Source: Gemmata obscuriglobus
GTDB taxonomy: Bacteria > Planctomycetota > Planctomycetia > Gemmatales > Gemmataceae
NCBI RefSeq assembly: GCF_008065095.1
Contig: NZ_CP042911.1
Span: 30,001-62,000 of the forward strand
Length of the DNA stretch: 32,000 bases
Direction of reading: 5' to 3'
The notes beneath the pieces were generated by a model that had not been told where the DNA came from, made no database searches, and was given only the letters and a program-made list of their open reading frames with translations. The stretch's first letter is position 1. The number at the start of each line of letters is the position of its first letter. The position numbers and the translations under genes are program-made. Of this stretch, positions 8,190 through 17,400 are shown one piece after another.

Positions 8190-9457
8190 GTTCGTCACCA
8201 GAACCGCGCCTGACGGAGTTGTTCGTTCGCTATTGGGACGACACGCTGACCCCCGCCGAGGCCGACGAACTGGAGCGCCTGCTGGCGACCGACGCCGGTG
8301 CGCGAGACGGGTTCCAGTTCCTGTGCGTGCAAGCGGTGGCCGTTGCAGAACTGCCGGCTGTTAGCCGTGCCGGACAGGAACCGCAGCCGGCCCGGCGCCG
8401 GCTGTCGCGGCGCGGGTTACTGGCCGCAGGTCTGGCCGCCAGCGTCGGCGGTGCGGCTCTGGTCACTTGGGCATGGGGCTACACCGGGTCCGGGGCTCGA
8501 CTCACGGCGGTTCAAGGTCGCGTTACCGTCCTGACGGCGGACGGGTCCCGTGTGCCGGCGCGTGGCCGCGTGCCGGCCGGGGCGACTGTTTCGACCCAGG
8601 GACCCGGCTCGCTTGCTGTGCTCTCGTTCTCCAACGGGACCACCGTCGCTCTGTTGGGCGACTCGGCGCTAACCGTGGGTGACGGCGAACTGCGGCTTCA
8701 TCAGGGCACTGCGAGTGCGGATCTGCGCCCCCAGTACCCAGGGGACGGCCTGCGGCTTGTTACCACTTTGGTGTCTCTGGTGGCGGTGGGCGGGACTGTC
8801 GTCACGCTCGGACAAGGTGAGCGGGCCGCTGAGGTTGAAGTACACAAAGGCCGGGCGAGCGTGGCCGCCCCGAGCGGTGAACCGCTCGCGGTGGTCGGCG
8901 GCGGCGAGATGCTCACCGTCGACGCCAACGGGTCCACGCGTCAGGAGCCGATCCGCCGGCCCCCTGAGGAGTTCGCCTTAAATCTCGCGGAGCCGCTCCC
9001 GCTCGGCTGGCATGTCGGGCATCGCGAGGTCGGCTCGGACGGCCCGGTGCTGCGCCCGGACGCATGGCCCGACCCGTACCATGGAAACGCGGTTCTGTTC
9101 CAGATCCGCTCGGATCACCAGTGGGCCCGCGGGCTCTTTGCTGTGACCGGCGGGTCGGTGTTCGAGGTGCGGTACCGGACCCGCGGGGCCGCCCCGCGGG
9201 GGCAGGTGTGCGTGTGCGTCCGGACCGAGCATTCGCACGCGTCCGATACGGGCGTGCTCGAGTACAACGGCGGCTTCGAGGCGACCGACGGGCGGTGGCG
9301 CTGGCTCCGGGTCCGCGCCGGCGACATGTTGGACAACCGGCATGCGCCCCAGTTCGCCGCCCCGTGGATCGGGTTCCTGCTGATCGTGAACACGTTTGAT
9401 ACTGACGTCGGCCTCGAGATCGCGGAACTCCGGGTGACTCGCCCCGGTCGCCGCTGA
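8186..9457 (+). CDS. membrane-anchored anti-sigma factor-like protein (FecR-like domain plus unknown C-terminal domain)
   Basis: Translationally coupled to the sigma gene. The N-terminal helical segment LTELFVRYWDDTLTPAEADELERLL resembles anti-sigma N-termini. Single TM GLLAAGLAASVGGAALVTWAW. FecR-like beta-rich stretch GATVSTQGPGSLAVLSFSNGTTVALLGDSALTV. I cannot place the last ~150 aa. Confidence 0.65.
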   Translation: MSSSPEPRLTELFVRYWDDTLTPAEADELERLLATDAGARDGFQFLCVQAVAVAELPAVSRAGQEPQPARRRLSRRGLLAAGLAASVGGAALVTWAWGYTGSGARLTAVQGRVTVLTADGSRVPARGRVPAGATVSTQGPGSLAVLSFSNGTTVALLGDSALTVGDGELRLHQGTASADLRPQYPGDGLRLVTTLVSLVAVGGTVVTLGQGERAAEVEVHKGRASVAAPSGEPLAVVGGGEMLTVDANGSTRQEPIRRPPEEFALNLAEPLPLGWHVGHREVGSDGPVLRPDAWPDPYHGNAVLFQIRSDHQWARGLFAVTGGSVFEVRYRTRGAAPRGQVCVCVRTEHSHASDTGVLEYNGGFEATDGRWRWLRVRAGDMLDNRHAPQFAAPWIGFLLIVNTFDTDVGLEIAELRVTRPGRR

Positions 9458-9468
9458 TCGGCCGGCTC

Positions 9469-9500
9469 CCGCGGCCCGGGTGACTCGCCCCGGGCCGCGG
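9469..9500 (+). terminator. GC-rich stem-loop between the anti-sigma gene and the DUF1559 gene
   Basis: ccgcggcccggg-tgactcgc-cccgggccgcgg is a perfect 12-bp stem with an 8-nt loop, beginning 12 nt after the stop codon. A weak T-rich stretch (gttgttttgc) lies about 18 nt downstream. Confidence 0.45.
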
Positions 9501-9568
9501 CTCGCTCGCCCGCGTCCGTTGTTTTGCTCGTCGGCTCATTTTCTCTCCACTCGCCGGAGGTCTCTCCC

Positions 9569-10678
9569 ATGCGGCGCGTTCGTCCCGGTTTTACGCTCAT
9601 TGAGTTGCTGGTCGTAATCGCGATCATCGCCATCCTGATCGGGTTGCTGCTGCCCGCGGTGCAAAAGGTGCGCGAGGCCGCCGCCCGCACTCAGTCCGCG
9701 AACAACCTCAAACAGATCGGGTTGGCCCTCCACTCCGCTCACGACACCTTCGGGGCCTATCCCCCGGTGCTGGTGAACCAGTGGGCGTCGTTCAACAGCG
9801 GCCCCCCGGGCCAGGTCCACTACAGCGGGCCGTATCTGCCCGACAGTGCGAGCACCGCGGGCAGCGACAAGACCACCTTCTTTTACGCGCTGCTGCCGTA
9901 CATCGAGCAGGCCGCGCTGCACAGCTCGATCAACGGCTACCAGTGGTTTCTGATGGGGACTCGCAAGGACGACGCGAGCAAGCTGGTCGGGTCATCGACC
10001 CCGAAGACCTATATCGCGCCGGCTGACGTTAGCGCCTACCAGTACGTGAACTGGGCTTGGCCGTACACCGGCAACGGTACGACGTACCAGATGGGCTTGG
10101 TGAGTTACGCGCCGAACGTCCGCGCGTTCGGTCAGGCTACCGGGAACGGCGGGTTCAGCGTGTGGGACGTGGCCTGGAACAACGCGGGGGGCGGCGCCCG
10201 GCGCGTGGGCGGCATCACCGACGGCACCTCCAACACCATCGCCGTCGTCGAGAAGCAGATGGTCTCCGGCAACACCCAAATGTCCTACAAGGACTGGGCT
10301 GTCAATAACAGCGGCGGGACCGGCAACGGGCCGTTCGGGGTTCAGATGTGGGCCACCACCGACTGCCCGCCCGAGGGGCTGCCCTTCTTCGGGTGCAACT
10401 GCAACGACCCGACCCAGAGCTGGGACGACAACTTCGGACAGTGGTGGCTCGGCAACTGCCGCATGGTGAGCGGGGATTCGAACGAGTACTTCCAGACGCC
10501 GCGGAACCGGTTGGTTCCGGACCAGCAGCAGGCGTACAACCTGTACCCGTTCTACGCGGGCGGGCTCCAGGCCGTGATGTGCGACGGCAGCGTCCGCACC
10601 ATTAACACTTCCGTCTCGGTGCAGTCTTGGAGCGCCGCGGTCACCCCGGCGGGCGGTGAGGCCGTCAGCCTGCCCTGA
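9569..10678 (+). CDS. DUF1559 domain protein with prepilin-type N-terminal cleavage/methylation motif
   Basis: ATG 9569 is preceded by ggagg. The N-terminus is [51 protein letters not shown]. The C-terminal X9-DG motif ([12 protein letters not shown]) has Tyr where the family His normally sits. The listed ORF starts 15 codons too early. Confidence 0.9.
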   Translation: MRRVRPGFTLIELLVVIAIIAILIGLLLPAVQKVREAAARTQSANNLKQIGLALHSAHDTFGAYPPVLVNQWASFNSGPPGQVHYSGPYLPDSASTAGSDKTTFFYALLPYIEQAALHSSINGYQWFLMGTRKDDASKLVGSSTPKTYIAPADVSAYQYVNWAWPYTGNGTTYQMGLVSYAPNVRAFGQATGNGGFSVWDVAWNNAGGGARRVGGITDGTSNTIAVVEKQMVSGNTQMSYKDWAVNNSGGTGNGPFGVQMWATTDCPPEGLPFFGCNCNDPTQSWDDNFGQWWLGNCRMVSGDSNEYFQTPRNRLVPDQQQAYNLYPFYAGGLQAVMCDGSVRTINTSVSVQSWSAAVTPAGGEAVSLP

Positions 10679-10745
10679 TGCACGCCGGCCCCGGCCCACC
10701 GGTCGGGGCCGTTCGCATCGCGGGTCCCAACATACGGAGGTTACC

Positions 10746-11213
10746 ATGCGGCGGATCGTGCGGCTTGGGGCGGGAGTGCTGTTGGCCGCGTGCGGGGTGC
10801 TGATGACCTCGTGCGGCGGGTACGTGCGCGAGGAGCGGCTCCCGGAAACCGGGGCGACTCTCGAAGGGACGGTGACTTATGGGACCGAAAAGGTTCCGGC
10901 CGCTCTCGTCATCGTCGCGGGGGCCGGTGGGTCGGCCACCGGCCATGTGGACGAAGCGACCGGGCGGTACAAGGTCGAAAACGCTCCCCTCGGGGAGGTG
11001 AAAGTGGCGGTTAACACGGCACCGGTTCGGGGCGAGATGCAGGGCAAGCTGATGTCCGGCTACTACAAGGGGCCGGAGGCTAAAGGCAAGGGTGTCACGG
11101 CCCCGCCCAAGATCGTTGACGTGCCGGCGAAGTTCGCGAACCCGGCGACATCCGGGCTCTCGACCACCATCAACGCTGGAGCGAACACTTACGAGATTAA
11201 GCTTCCCCGTTGA
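10746..11213 (+). CDS. carboxypeptidase-regulatory-like domain lipoprotein
   Basis: ATG 10746 is preceded by acggagg. Signal peptide with a lipobox-like LMTSC. The beta-sandwich-like segment LEGTVTYGTEKVPAALVIVAG....TGRYKVENAPLGEVKVAV fits the fold. This is a common downstream partner of DUF1559 genes in planctomycetes, as far as I recall. Confidence 0.65.
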   Translation: MRRIVRLGAGVLLAACGVLMTSCGGYVREERLPETGATLEGTVTYGTEKVPAALVIVAGAGGSATGHVDEATGRYKVENAPLGEVKVAVNTAPVRGEMQGKLMSGYYKGPEAKGKGVTAPPKIVDVPAKFANPATSGLSTTINAGANTYEIKLPR

Positions 11214-11245
11214 GCCAACGGATTGGTCCGTGCAGTCACGGTCAC

Positions 11246-11273
11246 CCGCTTCGCCTCAGATGCGGCGAAGCGG
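11246..11273. terminator. bidirectional stem-loop between convergent genes
   Basis: ccgcttcgcc-tcagatgc-ggcgaagcgg is a perfect 10-bp stem. It lies between the + strand lipoprotein gene (ends 11213) and the - strand operon (ends 11304). Confidence 0.5.
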
Positions 11274-11303
11274 ATCGTTCATTCGCCGTACTCTCGGCAA
11301 CCC

Positions 11304-11606
11304 TTACCGAACGAAGTAGGTGTACAGCGACAGGCTTAGGGAGACGACAACCATCAGCCACGCGAGAAGGAGTAACTTCGTGTCGCGGCGCTGCCGGATG
11401 CGGAGCCGTTTCAACACCGCTTCCATCTCCGCGAGCCGGGCCGAAATTGTGACGTACTCGGCCGTTTGTTCACGGACGCTTGCCGAGAGTTGATCCAGCC
11501 GGGCTTCTAAGCGAACGATCTTTGCTCGGAGCTCGCGAATGACCGCGTCGGTCTCCTCCGGGCTGTCGAAGTCGTCGCCATCGTTTTCGTCGTCGAAACG
11601 GCTCAT
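11304..11606 (-). CDS. tail-anchored coiled-coil membrane protein, unknown function
   Basis: 100 aa. Acidic N-terminus, heptad-like helical stretch (VIRELRAKIVRLEARLDQLSASVREQ...), basic patch RIRQRRD, then a C-terminal TM LLLLAWLMVVVSLSLSLYTYF. The start is 19 nt downstream of the moaA stop on the same strand. Confidence 0.5.
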   Translation of the reverse strand: MSRFDDENDGDDFDSPEETDAVIRELRAKIVRLEARLDQLSASVREQTAEYVTISARLAEMEAVLKRLRIRQRRDTKLLLLAWLMVVVSLSLSLYTYFVR

Positions 11607-11625
11607 GGCTCGACCCTTTGGGCGT

Positions 11626-12684
11626 TCAGCCGCCGATGGCGTGCATGGTGCGGTCGGGCTTCACGAAGGTCGCGGTGTTGATTTCGTGGCCCCGCCACTT
11701 GGTCCATACGCTCGTGCGCAGGGCGTTCGCAATTCCCAACTCATCTATTGTAGCCTGCCGTAAAAATACTTTCACGTCAGTTTCATCGAGCGCGAACAGA
11801 CAGTTGCGTAGCTTGCCGTCGGCCGTGAGGCGGAGGCGGTTGCACGACGCGCAGAACGGTCGCGACACCGACGCGATTATCCCTACCGTTCCACCGCCAT
11901 CGCTGTAGGCGTAGTCCAGTGACGGGGAAGACGGGTCGTGATTCGTCGGTACTAACTCGCCCACCCCGCGCTGAACCCGATCGAGGATTTCGGACGCGAA
12001 GAGCACCTTCTCGCGCTCCCACGCCTCGGCCCCGATGGGCATGTACTCGATGAACCGCAACTCGAACCCGTTGGCGCGGCAGTAACGGGCGAGCGGGACG
12101 ACATCGTGTTCCGCGAACCCGCGGACGGCCACCGTGTTCACCTTGATGGGAGAGAACCCCGCCCGTTTGGCCCCTTCGAGACCCGCGAGTACCCGTTCGA
12201 GCCCGTCACGCCGGGTCAGCGAGCGGAACCGCGCCGGATCGAGGGTGTCGAGCGAGACGTTAAGCCGCCGGAGACCCGCATTGAACAGCTCTTGGGCGTG
12301 CTCAGCGAGCAAAATGCCGTTGGTTGTGAGGCCAATGTCGGTGAGCCCGGGAACGGCTGTCAGCAGCCGCACGAGTTTGTGCAGTTCTTTCCGCATCAGT
12401 GGTTCGCCGCCGGTGAGCCGAACCTTGTTCACCCCCAGCGGGACGGCCACGCGAACGAACGCCACGATCTCTTCGAACGTGAGTAGCTCCGAGCGATCTT
12501 GGAACGTTACGTTCTCGGGCATGCAGTAGGTGCAGCGCAGGTTGCACCGGTCCGTGACGGAAATGCGCAGGTTGTTATGGATGCGGCCGAACGAGTCTCG
12601 AAGCGCGGAGCCCGGTGCGGGCGGTGTGGGGCGGGACACCGGCCCCGGATCGGAAGCGAGTCGTAACGGGTGTCGCGCGCTCAC
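11626..12684 (-). CDS. moaA: GTP 3',8-cyclase MoaA (radical SAM)
   Basis: CNLRCTYCMP radical-SAM cluster motif, C-terminal second cluster CASCNRLRLTADGKLRNCLF, and terminal GG. GTG start at 12684, so the exact start is uncertain. Confidence 0.93.
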   Translation of the reverse strand: MSARHPLRLASDPGPVSRPTPPAPGSALRDSFGRIHNNLRISVTDRCNLRCTYCMPENVTFQDRSELLTFEEIVAFVRVAVPLGVNKVRLTGGEPLMRKELHKLVRLLTAVPGLTDIGLTTNGILLAEHAQELFNAGLRRLNVSLDTLDPARFRSLTRRDGLERVLAGLEGAKRAGFSPIKVNTVAVRGFAEHDVVPLARYCRANGFELRFIEYMPIGAEAWEREKVLFASEILDRVQRGVGELVPTNHDPSSPSLDYAYSDGGGTVGIIASVSRPFCASCNRLRLTADGKLRNCLFALDETDVKVFLRQATIDELGIANALRTSVWTKWRGHEINTATFVKPDRTMHAIGG

Positions 12685-12736
12685 GTCTTCGTTCCGTTCT
12701 TGCTCTCGTTCTCGGTCCCGGGCTTCGTGCCGAAGC

Positions 12737-13327
12737 CTAGCTGTTCCAAACCTGGATTGCGGGCTCGGCGAGGTTGTGGTGGTTAAAGCCCAGGATGCTC
12801 AGTGTGGCCGTGCCCAACAATATTGAGGTCGCGAGCGTCACCGGGTGTTCGATCCACCGCGCCGCGATCACGCGCAGGATGTGCCCGTGTGCGAAGCAGA
12901 TGACGTTGCCGTGGAGGCCCTTCAACTTGGTCACGAGGCGATCGACGCGGGCTTTAACCTCATCGGGGCTTTCACCGCCGGGTGCGCCGTCGCGGAACAG
13001 GTTCCACCCGGGCCGGCGCGCGGCAATTTCCTTGCTCTTCAGCCCTTCAAATTCTCCGTAATGCCATTCCAGCAAATCCGGGTCCGTGCTGGGCGAAAAT
13101 CCCGCGAGTTCCGCGGTTCGGCGGGCGCGTGACAGAGGGCTTGTGAACTGGTGATCGAATGTGATACCTCTGAGCCGTTCGCCGAGCTTTCGTGCCGATT
13201 CTTCGCCCGGACCGGTGAGCGGCAGGTCGGTGCGCCCGGTGTGCTGTCCGGACTTCGACCACTCGGTTTCGCCGTGACGCGCGAGGTAGATCGTAGGCAG
13301 GTCGTTCATGGGGTGGCCGTCCGTCAT
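12737..13327 (-). CDS. histidine phosphatase (phosphoglycerate mutase-like) family protein
   Basis: IYLARHGETEWS (RHG motif) and a conserved His in FAHGHILRV. The start is either ATG 13327 (ATGA overlap with the moaE stop) or ATG 13309. The 420-aa listed ORF is an artefactual upstream extension through moaE in another frame. Confidence 0.85.
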   Translation of the reverse strand: MTDGHPMNDLPTIYLARHGETEWSKSGQHTGRTDLPLTGPGEESARKLGERLRGITFDHQFTSPLSRARRTAELAGFSPSTDPDLLEWHYGEFEGLKSKEIAARRPGWNLFRDGAPGGESPDEVKARVDRLVTKLKGLHGNVICFAHGHILRVIAARWIEHPVTLATSILLGTATLSILGFNHHNLAEPAIQVWNS

Positions 13328-13737
13328 TTTGATTGGTGGACCCATTCCCCGGTTCCGTCCGGCGCGTTCTCTTTCTTCCAGATCGGTACCAGTTCTTTCA
13401 GCGTATCGATTACGTAGCGGCAGGCGTCGAACGCGTCCCCGCGGTGCGGGCAACTCGCCGCGACCGCCACGCTCACCTCTCCCACTTCGAGCCGGCCGAG
13501 CCGGTGGGTGATTGCGAGTTCGCCGATCGGCCACCGCTCTCGGGCCGCCGCTTCGATCTCGGCCAGTTTCTTTTCCGCCATTGGCGCGTAGGCTTCGTAC
13601 TCCAGAAACACCGTGACCCGCGAACCGGTGAGGTCGCGCACGGTTCCGAGAAACAGCACGACCGCCCCGCAGTGCGGGTTGCGGACGCTTTCGGTCAGTG
13701 CGTGGTAGTCGATCGGGTCGTGCGTGAGCCGGAACAT
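13324..13737 (-). CDS. moaE: molybdopterin synthase catalytic subunit MoaE
   Basis: Start MFRLTHDPIDYHAL at ATG 13737. GAVVLFLGTVRD, EYEAYAPMAEK and HRLGRLEVGEVSVAVAASCPHRGDAF are typical of MoaE. Confidence 0.9.
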   Translation of the reverse strand: MFRLTHDPIDYHALTESVRNPHCGAVVLFLGTVRDLTGSRVTVFLEYEAYAPMAEKKLAEIEAAARERWPIGELAITHRLGRLEVGEVSVAVAASCPHRGDAFDACRYVIDTLKELVPIWKKENAPDGTGEWVHQSK

Positions 13738-13754
13738 ATTGGAAGTGTAGCGTC

Positions 13755-14231
13755 TTACCGGCCCCCGATGAATGCATTCTTCGGGACGAACAGCTTGTGA
13801 CCGCTCGGCTCGATGATCGTGACTCCTTCTGGGTCCCAAACGGTCGTGCAATTGGTGAAGTAATTCGGGTCACTGGAAGGGTTGTGGAACTCGTACTCGG
13901 TCCAGTGCCCGTACAGCAGGTCACCGTGAACGTGGGATACAACGCCGATGCCGCAGTGCCGGAACCGGTTCGGCTCATTCCACCACGACGAGCGGTCAAC
14001 GACGAACACCACGTATGGGTCGTTGCTTCCGAAATTCAGGTGGCTCGGCTGTTCCCAGCGGGCACGGACGTGACCGATCGGGATCTGGAGTAGCGCCACG
14101 GATAAGAGACATGCCGCCCCGAACAGCGGAACGAGGCAGCAGCGCCAACACGAGCGGCATGTACGGCTCTCATCCGCCGCTGACGGGGGGGATGACGGCG
14201 CATTCGTCGGCTGGGGCGAGGACATGTTCAT
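13755..14231 (-). CDS. hypothetical membrane-anchored protein embedded between moaD and moaE
   Basis: 158-aa ORF with coding-like GC3. Pro/Ser-rich N-terminus, Cys-rich segment CRSCWRCC, one TM (LVPLFGAACLLSVALLQIPIG), then a ~110-aa His/Trp/Asn-rich domain. The first 62 nt overlap the moaD 3' end, so the true start is uncertain. Confidence 0.5.
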   Translation of the reverse strand: MNMSSPQPTNAPSSPPSAADESRTCRSCWRCCLVPLFGAACLLSVALLQIPIGHVRARWEQPSHLNFGSNDPYVVFVVDRSSWWNEPNRFRHCGIGVVSHVHGDLLYGHWTEYEFHNPSSDPNYFTNCTTVWDPEGVTIIEPSGHKLFVPKNAFIGGR

Positions 14232-14415
14232 CGTCCGTGGTGTCGTGGTTCACAGCGACGGCTGAGCGCGCGAGCAGGCTTCGCGCGAGCGGCAGCCGGT
14301 TCCCCAATTCGAGCCGGAGGGCGCCAACGGTTGTGCCGTCCGGCAGCACGACCGTCACGGTGTCCGAGCCGGCAAGGTCGCGGAGGGCGGCAAACAGCTT
14401 TACCGTAAGTGTCAT
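14170..14415 (-). CDS. moaD: molybdopterin synthase sulfur carrier subunit MoaD
   Basis: 81 aa with a ubiquitin-like pattern: MTLTVKLFAALRDLAG....VAVNHD....PADECAVIPPVSGG, with the obligatory C-terminal GG. Confidence 0.85.
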   Translation of the reverse strand: MTLTVKLFAALRDLAGSDTVTVVLPDGTTVGALRLELGNRLPLARSLLARSAVAVNHDTTDDEHVLAPADECAVIPPVSGG

Positions 14416-14439
14416 GGTGACGGTCCGTGCGCACCGCGG

Positions 14440-17400
14440 CTAGTCGCTTACCAGCCCGCCGAGTGGCTTGCGGAACCGCTCTTCCAACTCGGGAAGCAGG
14501 CCGTAGGCGTAGGCGAGGTACTGGATCGGATGCAGGGTGCGCTTACCGCTGCCCTGTTCCATCTGCATCCGGCAGGCGCTGCATTCGGTCGAGCCGAACA
14601 GGACGCGCGGGCGGTTCAACTCGGTCAGCATGCCGGCTCCGGCCACGAGTGAGGTGTCGAAGTTCTCGGCCTTCAGCCCCCAGGTGCCGGCCATTCCGGA
14701 GCAGCCCGCGTCGATCGTGTGGACTTTCACTCCGGGAATGAGTTCCAGCAGCCCCGGACCGCGGACCGCTCCGCGCAGCGCTTTCATGTGGCACGGGATG
14801 TGGTGTCCCAGTGTAACGTCGAGCGGTTGGAAGTCGGTGCGGAGTTTCTTCGCGGCGTGTAACTCACCGAGATAGGTCGTGAGTTCGACCGTGTGTGCGG
14901 CCACAGCAATCGCATCGGGATCGTCGAGGATGTCCTGGTAGTCCTGGGTCAGCATGAGCGCCGAGGTCGGCTCCAGGCACACGATGCGGAACCCGTGTCG
15001 GGTGAGGTCCGCGAACACCCGGATGTTGCGCAGCGCGCGCTCGCGGGCGGTGTCGAGATCCCCCTTTGCGAGCGGAGCGACCCCGCTCCCCACCTGGCGC
15101 GACGGCACGTGAACCTCGATCCCGTGGTGCTGTAGCACCCGGACGGCGGCCACGCCGATGAGGGGGTCGTTGTACGACGCGAAGACGTCCGCGAAGAGCG
15201 CCACGCGGGGCGTTCCGGGCAGCGCGGGAGCGACGCTCGGGCGGCGCATGAGCCCGAGCCCGCGGGCACGACGGAAGAACGTTCTCAGGTGGAACGCCGG
15301 CAGCCGGCGCCGGCGCGAGACACCGAGAAACTTCTCCAGCAGCCACCGGGCGGAGCGGCGACCGAGGAGCGCGTTGACGAGCGGGGCGAAGTTGCTGCCG
15401 AGGGCCGCGAGCCCTTCGGTGCGGGCGAGCACCCAGTCCCCGCGCTCCAGTCCGTGTTCCGCGTGGCGCTGGGCCTTGGTTTCGAGCATGAGTTTCGGAA
15501 CGTTGACTTTGGCCGGGCACTCGTCGCGGCACATCTTGCAATTGACGCACAGCTCCGCGACGGTCCGCACCTCGTCGGGGGTGGCGGCGGTCGGGTCTCG
15601 CAGCACGCGGAGCATATTTGCCATGCCTCGCGGGGTCGCGTGCTCGTCGCCGCGGGAGCGGAACGCGGGGCACATGCGTTCCGGGGGCGTGCGGGTGCGA
15701 CAATCGCCGCACCCGTTGCACCGGGCCGCCTCGGCTTCTGGCGCGCCCGTCCAGAGGAGCAGCGGGGTGCGGGGCGGGGGCTCGGGGGCGAGAGGCACGG
15801 AACCGGTCTCGGCTTCCGACTCGGCTCGTCCGTCTTGCGACGCCTCTTCTTCTTGCTGTTCGTGCCGGTGCGGCTTTCGCAGGGGCCAGGCCTCGCGGCT
15901 CGGGTCCGGCCCGACGATCTTCCCCGGGTTGAGGATGCCTTTGGGGTCGAAGATCCGCTTGAGTTCACGGAACACCGGCATCAGTGTGCCGAACTGCCGC
16001 TCTACCCAGGGGGTGCGGGCGATGCCGGTGCCGTGCTGCGAGCTGACGGTGCCGCCGAGCGCGAGCGCGAGCGCGTGAACCGATTCCGCGAGCGGCCAGA
16101 GCTTTGCCCGGTCGGTCGGTTCGCCGAGGTCGAGCAGCGGGCGCGTGTGAACTTGGCCGGTCAGTGCGTGGACCAGGAACGTGCCGCTCAGCTCGAAGCG
16201 CTTCAGAATGTCCTGGACGCGGGTCAGGAATTCGGGCAACGCCTCGGCTGGTACTCCGACGTCCTCAATGCACGCGACCGGGCGCGGGCCATTTTGGGAG
16301 TGCAGGCCCGAGACGGCCGCGTCGCGGATGTTTCGGATGTGAGCGACCCCTTCGGGGGTGCAGGTTGGTTCCGCGAGCACGCGGAGGATGTGCTCGCGTT
16401 GAAGGGATTCGACCGCACCCCACGCGCGCTCCGTGGCGCGGCGCTCGCTGTCGGCTTCGAACCCGACCAGTAGCGCCGCTCCGACGGTCGGAATGCCGTA
16501 CCCGCGCGTCAGAGCGAGGAGTCGCCGTTCGAGTAGGTCGCACAGCACCGGGCTGTATTGGCGCAGGGCGAGGCCGGCGCGAACAGCGGCGTCGAGGGTC
16601 GGAAACCCGATGAGGCTGAGGCACGTGCCGCCCGCGACCGGGACCGTGCGGAGGGTCGCTTCAGTAACGATCGCAAGTGTACCTTCCGATCCCACAAGCA
16701 ACTTTGTGAGGTCTGGATCGGCCCCGCCGAGCACCCCGTGAAGCTGGTACGCGCACCGATCGAACGCTGTTCGCACCCGGGCCGTCGCAATGCGCTCGGC
16801 GTGCAGGGTGAGAAGTTCGGTTACGGCGCGGGTAATCGCACGTTGGCGCGGGTGGTGAATTTCTTCTGGGTGACTTTCGGCCGGTGGTTCTGAAGGACCT
16901 TGCGGTCCGGGTTCGTGTTGCGCTGCCGTTGTACTTTCGCTGACGAGCGAACTTCCGATTCGGTCCCGTTCGCCGTTGTTCCACACCACACCCAGACCCG
17001 CAACGTGGTCTCGTGTGTATCCGTGAAGGAACGCGTTCGCGCCGCTCGCGTTCGTTGCGATCATACCCCCGATGGTGCAGGTCGCTGCACTGGCGGGGTT
17101 GGGCGCGAACCGGCGGCCGACCCGTGCCAGTTCGGCGTTCAGATCTGCGAGAACGGCACCGGCCTGAACGGTTACGGTGTCGGGGCCGATTGCGAGCACT
17201 TGGCGGAAGTGGCGGCTCAGGTCCAGCACCACTCCCCACGTCAGGGATTCGCCGCTCAACCCGGTTCCGGCGCCGCGTGGGGCGAGTGGGATCGCGTGCT
17301 CGTGGCAGTACCGCACGAGGTTTGCGACGCTTTCCACGTCTTCCGGGACCGCGACGAGGGCCGGTTCTGTGTGGAACGGGCTGGCGTCGGTGGCGTAAAG

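Noticed and set aside
7509-9520. Shared 12-mer cccg(g/c)gtccgtt upstream of the sigma gene (7509-7520) and upstream of the DUF1559 gene (9509-9520), as a possible ECF promoter element
   Set aside because: It is one short, GC-rich, imperfect match. There is no consistent AAC-type -35 element at the right spacing. Chance occurrence cannot be excluded without genome-wide statistics.
12685-12736. Moco riboswitch upstream of moaA, and THF or preQ1-type elements upstream of folE (18211-18380)
   Set aside because: The moaA upstream gap is only 52 nt. I could not recognise the conserved riboswitch helices in either region by eye. A covariance-model scan would be needed.
12737-13999. 420-aa ORF listed on the minus strand
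   Set aside because: Only the last ~190-196 codons encode the histidine phosphatase. The upstream part is Arg/Gly/Pro-rich read-through overlapping moaE and the unknown gene in another frame.
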